A stretch of 63,967 bases of DNA, filler included, from Intoshia linei (GCA_001642005.1; 8 parts of 8 records of this genome joined end to end with filler, not necessarily neighbours in it), one strand, 5' to 3'; positions 1-11,010 are shown, counted from the first letter of the whole stretch. A program made the numbers and translations. Notes: generated by a model not told the origin, from the sequence alone.

Positions 1-1280
1 CATCTTTCTTTCATTTCTCTGATCACGTAAAAAACACAAGTCTTCAGGATGTGTCTTATCAACTCGGCATTTATGTGCTAAATATCGAACAATTTATCAA
101 TTGTATTAATGAAATTATCCTCACGTAATATTTGGAACTTATGTTATATTATATATTATTATTTTATATATTATTATATTATATTATATTATATTAATGT
201 CTATGGCTTTTTTATTAAATTTTATTAATGGTGGGTTAAAGTGGGATTTTTTTAAATTTTTGTATATTTTATTTGAATCTCACGGATCCCAGGCATATAA
301 TTTTAGACCCAATCGAGAACACTGATTTAATTTATACTTATATATTTATAAAAATTACTAATTAATTGCTCGTTAAGGAAATAAAATTTTTTCAGGACCA
401 ATTATTCCCTTAACGAGGAATTAACCTGTATTTTAAGCTAAATCACTTTATACAATGAAATTTTTTTATATATAAGTAAGGATTAATGATTTATTTGTAT
501 GGAAGAATTCAAAAAGCCCCTATTTTCCAGAGCTACCTAGTATCTAGTACCTATTGTTTGTACGAAAAACAGTCAAGCTAGTAAATAAATAAAATAATAA
601 AAATGAATTGCGTAAAACCTAACATTGTAAATTTTACAAAGTGTAGTAACAAATACATGAATTATATTGAACACCTGTAATATACATTGGGTATATGGAA
701 CATGTACTTTATAGTAATTTGGTAATATCAGGTTGTATGTTCTCATTCATGAATAAAATATTTCTTAATACATAATTGTAATTTGTATTTTAAATTTAAT
801 TCGTGTTTTAATTAAACGTGGCGTTAACAAAGTTTTAAAAGGTTATTATACTGAATAAATGAAGTTTGAATTACGTTTAAACTTTAATATCCTCAAAAAA
901 CACGTAAAAAATTGAAAGTATCCTTTATATTAATTAACGTAAGTAAACGGATACAACTTAACAATATATTAATGTCAAAGCCATAGCTACATTTTTTTTA
1001 TATTATTACTGTTAATGAATTAAAATTTTAAAAAATTAAATGCTTCATTGGATTGATGTATTCTTAAAACGGAAACAATGTTTTGAAAGTTTATAATAAT
1101 TACAAAAATAACAGAAGAAGAATCATTCAACTTTCTACAGGTGATTGATTCACGATTGCTAAACACTTTTCGATAAAAATAATTTTTAATTGTATAAAAA
1201 ACTATAAATAGAACATTTTCTAAAAACTATTTGTTTTTCTATTGAATTTTGTTTACTCAGGTGCGATTAAACCAATTTAC

Positions 1281-1286
1281 CACGTG
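1281..1286. promoter_or_regulatory. CACGTG E-box in the ODC 5' leader/intron region
   Basis: Exact CACGTG (CCACGTG) about 200 nt upstream of the ODC ATG. A TATAAATA lies at ~1203. Confidence 0.3.
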
Positions 1287-1332
1287 AAACATATTTTCAT
1301 AGTTAAATTTAGATTATTATATAAAAGGCAAC

Positions 1333-1473
1333 ATTTTGAAACAGTTTGAAAATTTTTGTGAAGGCATTTTGATCACCAACTACTTTTCTCTCCGCTTGAT
1401 CAATCAAAGTCCTGTTGTTTTACATCGTGAAAATATAGATATAAACGCAGAAGTACCTTGGGACCCCAGTTGA
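1333..1473 (+). promoter_or_regulatory. Non-AUG (AUU-initiated) upstream conserved coding region (uCC) of the ODC mRNA, ~46 aa: ILKQFENFCEGILITNYFSLRLINQSPVVLHRENIDINAEVPWDPS*
   Basis: The frame is open from 1303 to TGA 1471-1473 with no ATG. In-frame ATT codons at 1333 (A at -3) and 1366 (G at -3). The C-terminus matches the AZIN1/ODC uCC end as I recall it (VLYREQFDFNAEPPWEPS*). The stop is 8 nt before the ODC ATG at 1482, in a different frame. Confidence 0.88.
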
Positions 1474-1481
1474 TAAAACTA

Positions 1482-4036
1482 ATGGATTGTTCTTATACTT
1501 TTTCAGCTTTGGGAAATTACTTTGATAAAGTAATTCAAGAAAGATCCGACAATGAAAACCATTTTGCTATAATAAACATATCAGAGATTGTAGACAAAAT
1601 TGTACGATGGAAAGCGGTTTTACCACGAGTTCAACCTTTTTATGCGGTGAAATGCAATGACGATCCCGCAATTTTATCTGTAATGGCTTCTGGCGGTGTC
1701 AACTTTGATTGTGCAAGTAAAAATGAAATTATGAGTGTTTTAAATGTTGCAAATTGTAACCGAATTGTGTACGCTAATCCTTGCAAACAAATTTCTCACA
1801 TAAAATACGCCAAAGAAAATGGTGTAACGAAAACCATGTTTGACAATAAGAATGAATTGTACAAAATTAAAAAACATTATTCTGAAGCAGATTTGTTTAT
1901 TCGATTTTGTCCTCCAAAAACTGACAAGGTTATGCTTCCGCTAGGCTTAAAATTTGGATGTTCCATGTCAGAAGTTGAAGAATTATTGCAATGTGCTATT
2001 GATTTGAATCTTAATGTGGTAGGTATTTCCTTCCATGTTGGAAGTGGTTGTTGGGATCTTGATGCTTTTCCGCTGGCTATTCAACAAGCTAGGAAAATAT
2101 TCGATATTGCTCAATCTATAGGGTGTAAAATCGAGTATTTGGATATCGGTGGTGGTTACCCTGGAACAGATGATGGAATTGTGAGTTTTGGACAAGTAAA
2201 TTTATATTTTTTATTTTTTTATACAAATTATACAATTTAATTCAAATCTTTCTAGGTTTCTCAAGGTATTAACGAGTTTTTGGATAAATATTTCCCAGTC
2301 AATATGAATATCAAAATTATAGCTGAACCTGGACGTTATTTTGTTACAACTTGTCTTACGGCTTTTTCTAATATTATTGGAAAACGCACTATTTTTAGAA
2401 CCAATGATGTCACAGATGATCTTATTGTGGATATAGCGGGTAATTATTTTTATAATTACTAAATTTTTTTTGTCAATTCCAAGGAGTCTTTGTTGGTCCA
2501 GTTTTGATCTTTAACCATAATTAAAAAACCAAAAAAGTTAAAACATTTCATAGTTGTTCATTTGATTGAAAAAAATTTTCCGAAACTGAACGACGTGAAA
2601 CGTTTTATGATATTTATATTTACATCTATTTGCACGTATATTTATAAATTTTAGAAACATGAACATTTTTTGAAAAAAAATGTAATATATTTTCATGCTA
2701 AGGGGTGGAATCTTGTTTAATTTTTACTATATATTTTTTATTTTTTATGACTCATTAATAAAGATAATATTATTTCTTGAGTATATTTATCAACCTTATT
2801 GGAAATTTCATCAGGTTTTTTAATGACTATCAATATATGAAATGCTCTTTGAGCATGTCTTATTTGCTAATTTTTTGAAACGATAATTATTTATTAACTA
2901 GGATGCAACAAAAGCGACAAAAGTTTCATGTATTATTTGAACGACGGTGTTTATGGTTTGTTTAATGCAGTATTAACTGAGAATTCCGTTCCAAAATTTT
3001 ATGCTTGTAAATCGGTAATACATTTTATGTACTATATATAGCAAGTACAATGTGTATTAGTAAAAGAAAATGAGTATAAATAAAATCAAATAATAACACT
3101 ATTTTTTGTAAAGTTTACAATCATTTATTAATATAAATACATAAAAAAATAGATTGATGGTAAAGAAAGCGAATTATTTGATTGCAGTATTTGGGGTCCA
3201 ACTTGTGATTGCCTCGATTGTTTAAATAAGCAATGTAAAATGATTGAATGTAATATTGGTGATAAAGTAATGTGTCCTAACATGGGAGCATATTCAACCA
3301 GCATAGCTTGTACTTTTAACGGAATGGAAATACCTGAAATTATGTATTGTATGAAAGACGATTCAAGGTAATTTTTAATAATAATTGTATTAATTTTTAA
3401 ATAATATTTTATGAATAACCAGTTAGTCTTTATTGACCCCTTTTGCGTCATTGTCCAATTTTGTCATTATATTGGAATTAATTTTTTTGGTTTTTGGAAT
3501 AAATTCAAAATTATTGGCGAATAATGGAACCTAGTTTATAGGAAACTGCTAACCAATTTAGTGTTTATAAATTTTACTATTATTTTAAAAAAAAGCAGTA
3601 TTTTATTAACATTTCCTTACATATTTGTTTTATACAATGTATAAATCTGAGCAATAAAACTTAAAACGCTGAGCTGTAAAATGCATATGAAAAATACAAT
3701 TTTTTGACATGCCCTTTATTCAGATCTGAGTACGAGTCCTCGTCGAGGACTGTAGTTTGAAAAAATGTTGGCGAATAACGGACTAGACGAGGTATACTGT
3801 ACAAAATTTTAGAAACACTGATATGCGAGGATTTTATCCAACATAAAAATATTGCATAGTTAGGGTACCCGGAACAAGTTTAATTATTATAATAATTCAA
3901 TTTAATTTTTACTGTACTATATTATTTTAGAAATTACAATACGTACCCATTACAACATTTTACGAATGTTAAAACTCAGACCAAGGTCAGACTAGATGGA
4001 TCAGGCTCTGAAAGTGAACATTATTTTGAATATTAA
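1482..4036 (+). CDS. ODC1: Ornithine decarboxylase family protein, ~443 aa; exons 1482-2195, 2256-2439, 2902-3014, 3153-3367, 3931-4036
   Basis: Motifs PFYAVKCN (PLP lysine), FDCAS, YANPCK, FHVGSG, LDIGGGYPG, AEPGRYF, YYLNDGVYG, WGPTCD, NMGAY, TFNG. All introns are GT-AG with consistent phase. AATAAA follows the stop. The last exon is less certain. Confidence 0.95.
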
Positions 4037-4801
4037 TTTAATTTATAATAAATATAATTTTAAAATTTTCAAGTTTGTTTTCTGGAGTAACTAAAAATTA
4101 ATACATGTTAATTTAAATTAGGTTAATGTGGATTAGGGTCACCAGAATATGACAATATTACGGCACATTCTTGGACAAATTTGAACTTTACTATGGCACA
4201 TTTTTTGGCAGTTTTCTCGAACATTAATAAACATCTCTGTAGCAACAACATTTAAAAAATAAATTGTTGCCTTTGTAGTGATATATCGCTATCATACTAA
4301 TCGAGATTCGAATATATACTTTTGATATAACTTACTTGTGATGCCTAACTGGCAGAGTGGTTATAGTCTGTAAGGATATTAAGTTAATTATTTCAAACAA
4401 TTTATTAAGTTCAAACAAATTTAATTATAGTTAAGGTATAATTTAAGTTTCTTAAATTTTGTTTGTCAATAGAATGGTGTTGCCTGATTGGTTTCCTAGG
4501 ATTAAGTTTATTTACTGGTTCGGCTGTGATGTTGGTAATATTATTACTAGTCATATAATTGTATTCTGTGTGGCTAGGTTCGAATCGAGATTTGGATATC
4601 TTTTTATTTAAGATGAACTTATCAGAGTTCTTATCTGTCAATCGTTACAGCCCTAATGTGGATATCATGTCAACGTCTCGATGTAGCTGTGACATTACAT
4701 TTTCCAGGTCTATAAATCGGCGCACTATCAAAAGATAGTAAATCAAATGATCGTAAAAATATACTAATATTACAGTAGTCAGATAAGTTCATCATTTAGA
4801 G

Positions 4802-6814
4802 CAGTGGTTCTTAACCTTTTCTAAGCTATGCACCCCCAAATATTAACCTTAATGACTGTGCACTCCTGATTAAAAATCAATTAATACAATATTAATTATA
4901 AATAAAGTGTTAACTAGTTACTTAAATTAAACGGATACAATTTAAGAATTAAAGCTGATTTGGTCATAATAATGGTCGTAGAGAGCCAGCAGTAGGCCAA
5001 GGCTCTATGGAAAGTATATGCCCCTATAAAAAATTTTTTAAAAATGGACCTCTATACATTAATTAATTTAACGTTCATTATATGAAAAATAAAAATAACC
5101 ATTGGAAATCGTATTGATTATCGAAATTATGATATACTTAAGGAATTTTTCATCAATATTTATTAATAAATTAAAAAAGTAGGCCCTCATGATTTTAGAC
5201 ACGGGACATATGACCCTCTCCGTGACCCTGTCTGTACTTCAAACCTTTATAAATATGAAAACGTGTCAACTATCATATTCACTAAAAGTTTTGTAAGTAC
5301 TACTGCAATATCCAGTAGATATTATCTATTTTTCTTTGAAAAATATCGGAAAATGTAGTAGCCCTGGTCATACCACCAAATTTATTAATCAAAAATAGAC
5401 TATTCAAATATAATGTTAAAGACTCAGAAAATAGACGAATTAAGTAGTAGCGGAAAACTTTTATATAACAATTAAACAAATTTATTTACATAAATTTTGA
5501 TGGGATCGTTATTGTTGCTTTGAAATGAGAAGTAAGCTAAATCTTCGCATTGTTTTTTATAGGCTCACTCGCATACCGGCACGGACATCTAATTTATTCC
5601 TTTTTCATTTTGTTTAATTTGTTAGAATAGAAAATCCAGCCTCACAAAACTATGTTGTAACAAAAGTAATAATTACTTCAAGGGCAATTTCAGTCACAAA
5701 ACAGATAGATATTAAGCATATTACACCAAAAACTACCAAATATCATATTTTAAGCTATCATAGCCATATATAATATATTTCCAAAAGGGCCACTAGAAAA
5801 ATCAAGGGATTATGTAAATATTTTTCTATTTGGGGCCAATGTAAATTATAGGGCCCATAAAAAATTTTATATATATTTTAATGTATTAATATATAATTTA
5901 TTTCGAATGTATCAATTATCTTGTTTTATTTAATGACTCACAAACAGATATCCTTAATGTTATCATTCACAACATATCTTGCAAATACATCAATAGATTC
6001 GTCCAATTGTAAACTAAATTTTACTAAGCTTTTTCGAAGTTTATCCATAACTTGAAGTTCGATAACTTATGCTAAATTTTTAATTATTTTACAAAGGAAT
6101 TGATTTAAGTGCCCCTTTTTGTTTTTCGTCAAGTAGAAGTTCTGCAATGTTAAGAGTACAGGGTTTGATCAACGTTTCCGATGGTATGATGCTTTTTTTG
6201 TTTAGAAAACAGGTAAGAACATGATATTATGCCTCTACAATTTTGTTACATTGAGAAGAAATGATAAATTGTCAACTGTTTCACCTATATCGAAACGTCT
6301 TCTTTTTCGAGCGATAACTTCAACACTGTCAATGAGGTTTGAGTGTTTATATTCTTGTGATTACGTAGGAGGTTTGTATTTATGCTATTATTGCATAAAA
6401 CGCAGAAAAGTAAATGCACTGAGGTTTTTCGGTTTCATCTCCATCATTACGACAGGTAAAACCAAATTGTACGTAATTTTTATTTCATAATGATAATTTA
6501 TATATTAAAATACATAATTTGTATACCTTAAAAAATTTGATCATACAAAATTAATTTGATTATTAAATGATTGTGAATAAATTCAATGAGCGTTAATTAT
6601 TAACTTACCGTATTAAGTATTACCAAGATGAAATTATGTCTTACATTGAAATCTTTTTGTTGATAATAAAAATATCAACTATGTAAGTTCACTCATTTAA
6701 AAAAATAATTAATTAAATTTTAACTAATTATTATATTAATGTATATAAAAAAAATTGAAAATAGCTCTGTGCATCCCCAAAAATTAATTATGCACCCCCG
6801 GTTAGGAACTACTG
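4802..6814 (-). mobile_element. Buster-type hAT DNA transposon, non-autonomous/decayed, full ends
   Basis: TIRs CAGTGGTTCTTAACC ... GGTTAGGAACTACTG. Perfect 8-bp TSD ATTTAGAG (nnnTAnnn) on both sides. Frameshifted ZBED5/Buster-like transposase remnant on the minus strand (~5930-6480). Confidence 0.92.
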
Positions 6815-6822
6815 ATTTAGAG

Positions 6823-7070
6823 GAATATTCAATTGAATTTATGGTTTTATCAACAATTTGTAAATTCCTAATCCCTTGGCAAGGAAAGCCACCCCATACT
6901 ATTACACTATCAAATCAAAAAATTTTGTAGTTTTGATATTTTTTTGTAATCCTTACAATTTTTTGACAAGGTAATTTTTCCATACCACTATGACGATGTA
7001 ACATTATTTTTGATTCATCCGACCAAATAACCTTTTTCCAAAATTCGACAATATTTCAAATGTTACCTCA
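6823..7070 (-). pseudogene. Tc1/mariner transposase DDE-domain remnant, interrupted by the hAT element
   Basis: Minus-strand translation gives FWKKVIWSDESK and, after a frameshift, VWGGFPCQGIRNLQIVDKTINSIEY. A possible continuation (FDSAPIYR, resembling QDNAPxH) lies at ~4700-4800, on the other side of the hAT. Confidence 0.7.
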
Positions 7071-7187
7071 CGCATACAATGTAGTGTAATAGTGTAGGAA
7101 AACTTATATTTTAGGATTCCAAAAAAAAATAAAGTACAAGTTATAGTTATATATAATGTAGTTATAGATACTACAATCGTTTTCCAA

Positions 7188-9698
7188 ATGAAAAGAGAAT
7201 TACTGGACGGTACGAATATCTCTGAAATTTTAAAGAAACAAGATGAATTTATAAAATCTGGAAAAGAAACGTCATGTCAATTATCAAAACCGACAAATAA
7301 ACCAGATATATCTGAAACGGTACAAGACATTATATTGAAAACGACGACAAAGAAATTTGTTTATGAAAAAAAAAAGACAAATAAACCAAAACCAATGCAA
7401 GACTATAAAAGTGATTTAAATTATAAATCAAGGTTAAAAGATAAACTGTCAAATAAAATGGAAACTAAAAGTGACACGTGCAGTGAATTGAGTTGTTTAA
7501 ATTTGAAAAGACAAAATAAAATTACAGAAAATGAAGTATTTTTTACTATAAATGGATATTTATCAAATAATGATTATGAAGAATCCTATACGCTGGGAAA
7601 TTTGATAATATTGGTTCAAAGTGTGATTAATCAACAAGTCGTATTTGGAATGAAAATTTTGTCAAACATTGTTAGAAATGAAATTGAGGGAGTTTTCATG
7701 CAGGACAATTTTGATAAAATGCCCATTTTTGTTATTTTTAAAGATTTCAAATTTGGTGACATTTTAAATAGGTTATTGAAATCTTTATCGGAATCAATAA
7801 TATATTGTGTCATGTATTTTTTGTCTAATTTGTTTTACAACGAAAGATACGAGGATGAAATAATTACGCAAAATTTTTATAAATGTCATTTTTATACTCT
7901 TCATTGTGATTTTATTTTTGAAACATTATGTCATGTTTATTTGTTGAAAAAGATTGTTGCGTGTTTACCTATCAATGATCAATTTCGGGCGATTTGTACG
8001 AAGGTGCTTGTTGGTATATTTAATGTAAACTCGGAAATTTCGGATCGCATTGTATGTAATACGCAGTTGTTGGAATATTATCATTTAAAACCAGCCTCTT
8101 TTGAATCTCTATTTTTTATTATAAAATGTTTAAACTTTGGTTCAATCGGTTTAAATTGTGAATTGAACCGTTTACATCAGCAATCTGGCGAAATAAACAG
8201 ATTAGACAACTTTGAATCTTTACTTCGTTTGTATAAAGAAACGTTCCAATATAATGATAAAATTATTCCTTATTTGGACGGCACAGGTACAATGTATTTA
8301 AAAAATCTACATAATGTACCAAAACCCATTGATGGTGTATCTTTATCTACGTTATGTAATAATTTGAATAATAACTTGATAAAATTGAAACAATTTAATT
8401 ATAAGAGTCCTAATATTACTGAAAAATACAATACATGGTTGGTTCACATTAGTTACTTGCACCTAGAAAACTACCTCAACGTTAAAACTAAATTTTTAGA
8501 TTCTTTCAATTTAATTTATAATTTTTCTCATCACTTTAAATTGTCAAATATTGTCCTGTTATACAAAACTTTAAGAAATGTACTAAATATTCAACAGATA
8601 CATTTACTACCACAAATATTGGTTAAATGTATATCTATATTCATTTTTACAGTTAATTCTATTGAAATTAAAAACGATCAAAATATAGATGCAATTTTTA
8701 CATTATTGGACCATTTAATGAAAAAAATGATTCAAGGTTCAGAAAAATTGGTCATTATTATCTTATACACGACATTATATAAACTTTCAGGTAAAATCCT
8801 ATCAATTTCCAAAACTGACATTTGTTCTTATATGGAAGGCTACTTTAATAATTTTGATGATGAAACTAAAAATTTTAAAGATTACACCACAATTTCCGAT
8901 TCCAAGTATGAATTGAAAGAAATGATTTACGCGGCTTGTCCAAAATTTTGGACATTAAATTTTATATTTATATCTCAACCTTGGTATTTGATAGAAAATG
9001 AAACATTTATTAAAAAAATACCATTTTTAAATGTATCTATCCTTATTATAACAAAATATATTAAAATGAATGGAATTTCACACGTTGAGACTCATTTAGA
9101 GCATATATCCAATTTTTTTTTGAATGACGAAATTTACAGTGCATGCTTATGTATTAAAGATACTGTAGATTTACTTTTTTTTACCATGTTTGATATTGTT
9201 CACAAACACAATTTTACTGTTAAATCAGTTGATAAATGGATCAAAATTTTTTATGAAAGTATTCACCAATTTGCCGCAATTTCGTATGGTGATCCCATTT
9301 TTGTAAAGTACATTATTCTTCTTTTAACTTGTTTCAATTGGAATCAACGAATCGATTGCTTATTATTCATTGTCAACAAATTTGATTCTCATGTTGTTAA
9401 TTTGCTAAAGATTCAACATTTTCATTTTCTTAAAAATTTGTTTGTTTTAAATACACCAAAAAATCAATTCTTTAATGTTACTCAAGTTTCGAAAGACAGG
9501 AATTGTATTTTCTTTTTTTTTAATTTTTTTGCAAAGAATTATAAACCAGAAAAGTATTTTAATGTCATTTATTCCATTATTATTATTCTGTTGAATACAT
9601 TTATTTATTTAACCAATGTTTCGAATGAATTTGTTCAAATGCAAAATCACATTTATTTATTTATCTCTAAACACAAAAATTCGGTAATCAAATTCTAA
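7188..9698 (+). CDS. RPAP1: RNA polymerase II-associated protein 1-like, 836 aa, single long exon
   Basis: SYTLGNLIILVQSVINQQVVFGMKILSNI resembles the RPAP1_C motif GYTLxEL..RS...QQ. HQFAAISYGDPIF resembles the C-terminal FAAVSFGD motif. The N-terminal EILKKQDEF also fits. Confidence 0.75.
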   Translation: MKRELLDGTNISEILKKQDEFIKSGKETSCQLSKPTNKPDISETVQDIILKTTTKKFVYEKKKTNKPKPMQDYKSDLNYKSRLKDKLSNKMETKSDTCSELSCLNLKRQNKITENEVFFTINGYLSNNDYEESYTLGNLIILVQSVINQQVVFGMKILSNIVRNEIEGVFMQDNFDKMPIFVIFKDFKFGDILNRLLKSLSESIIYCVMYFLSNLFYNERYEDEIITQNFYKCHFYTLHCDFIFETLCHVYLLKKIVACLPINDQFRAICTKVLVGIFNVNSEISDRIVCNTQLLEYYHLKPASFESLFFIIKCLNFGSIGLNCELNRLHQQSGEINRLDNFESLLRLYKETFQYNDKIIPYLDGTGTMYLKNLHNVPKPIDGVSLSTLCNNLNNNLIKLKQFNYKSPNITEKYNTWLVHISYLHLENYLNVKTKFLDSFNLIYNFSHHFKLSNIVLLYKTLRNVLNIQQIHLLPQILVKCISIFIFTVNSIEIKNDQNIDAIFTLLDHLMKKMIQGSEKLVIIILYTTLYKLSGKILSISKTDICSYMEGYFNNFDDETKNFKDYTTISDSKYELKEMIYAACPKFWTLNFIFISQPWYLIENETFIKKIPFLNVSILIITKYIKMNGISHVETHLEHISNFFLNDEIYSACLCIKDTVDLLFFTMFDIVHKHNFTVKSVDKWIKIFYESIHQFAAISYGDPIFVKYIILLLTCFNWNQRIDCLLFIVNKFDSHVVNLLKIQHFHFLKNLFVLNTPKNQFFNVTQVSKDRNCIFFFFNFFAKNYKPEKYFNVIYSIIIILLNTFIYLTNVSNEFVQMQNHIYLFISKHKNSVIKF

Positions 9699-10079
9699 AA
9701 TAAAATCATATTTTACAATGCATTTATTGTATAAATCAGCGGTTTCCAAATGCCGGTCCGTGAAATATTTTTTTGAAATTTCGTATACATATCAACTGGT
9801 ATAAACTATATCGGGATAATCTTTTTTTTAATTGTAGGGCCGTTAATTATTTCAAATTTTTTGTTTTAAAATAGTTTCTAAAAAAAATTAAAATTAATAC
9901 TAAAATGCTTTTTGGACCGCGAAAGCGTCACTTTGTCAGATTGAAATTTTTTTCAAAATTCTAGGACTATTTTCATTTTTTAAAAAAGTGTAATCTGTAG
10001 TTTTATCGATAAAATGCCTTTTTTACGGATTCCATATGATAATGTTTGATTTTAAATACTATTCCAGAATTAATTTTTA

Positions 10080-11010
10080 TCTTAACTTATATAGAAGGCT
10101 ACGGAATTTTTGTTTGTGTGTCTGTCTGTGTGTGTGTTCCACTTTATTGAAATAACTACCACTCATAAATTTTTAAAGGCCACATTTCAATTACAGTTTT
10201 TTCCGAACGTATAAGATAAATGTCAACCTCCCAATTTCTCATCTTACGGGTCAAAAACCCCTTTTTTTGTAAATCAAACGAGTTGGAGAATTTAAAAAAA
10301 ATTTACAGGTGGTACAGTTGTATCATGTTAACACACATAGAAAATTCCAATCCGAATAAGTGACGATTTCACGGTCAAAAAAGCATTTTAGTATTCATAT
10401 ATTTTTTTCTGAAATATTTTATTAAAACAAAAAATGTGCATAATTAATGGTCCGAAAATTAAAAAAAAAATTATTCTGATAGAGAATATTCCAGTTAATA
10501 TAAATACAAAATTTCAACCCCAGAAATCTACGCATTCCCTTTAAAAAATAATTTTTAATATATTATCAACCAAAATATTTCGATTAAAATCAAAAATTGA
10601 AAATGTAAATATTAATCCTACAAATTTCAAAAAAAATGTGCATTGTACGTCTACACATTTCCAATAAAGACATATGGGTGAAAATCTATATAATTCATTC
10701 CTTCGCATTTTTTAATTTTCATTTTCAAAACATTATTATTAAAACATTAAAATTTAAATAAGAAACTAAACAACGAAACTAAAATAACTTTGTTAATATC
10801 ATTTTTATATTACAATCCTTTGCAATAATGGTAAAATTTGACTGAAATGTTTATAAAGTGAAGATTCAGTTAATTATTGATACACAATTAGTATTTTTAA
10901 GTATTTATTAAAACGGTACATAATATATGTCATCACATTGAAATTGACAATATAGATTTTTATAATTTTATTTTTTTCTGGAATTTATGCTATTTGTGAC
11001 AATTTTTAGG
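10080..11010 (+). mobile_element. Helitron-like non-autonomous repeat, copy running into a gap
   Basis: A|TC 5' end (TCTTAACTTATATA) followed by a (GT/GTCT)n microsatellite. The body is shared with other copies in the window. Confidence 0.6.

Noticed and set aside
1458-1481. ORF-track ODC start at TTG 1458 (MGPQLIKL extension)
   Set aside because: This is an alternative-start call by the ORF finder. The bases are better explained by the uCC in another frame, and the first ATG is at 1482.
3735-3751. Palindrome AGTCCTCG-T-CGAGGACT in ODC intron 4
   Set aside because: Short and adjacent to MITE-like debris, with no evidence of function.
4343-4590. Intact tRNA gene
   Set aside because: I could not form an acceptor stem or cloverleaf, and the A and B boxes are ~210 nt apart.
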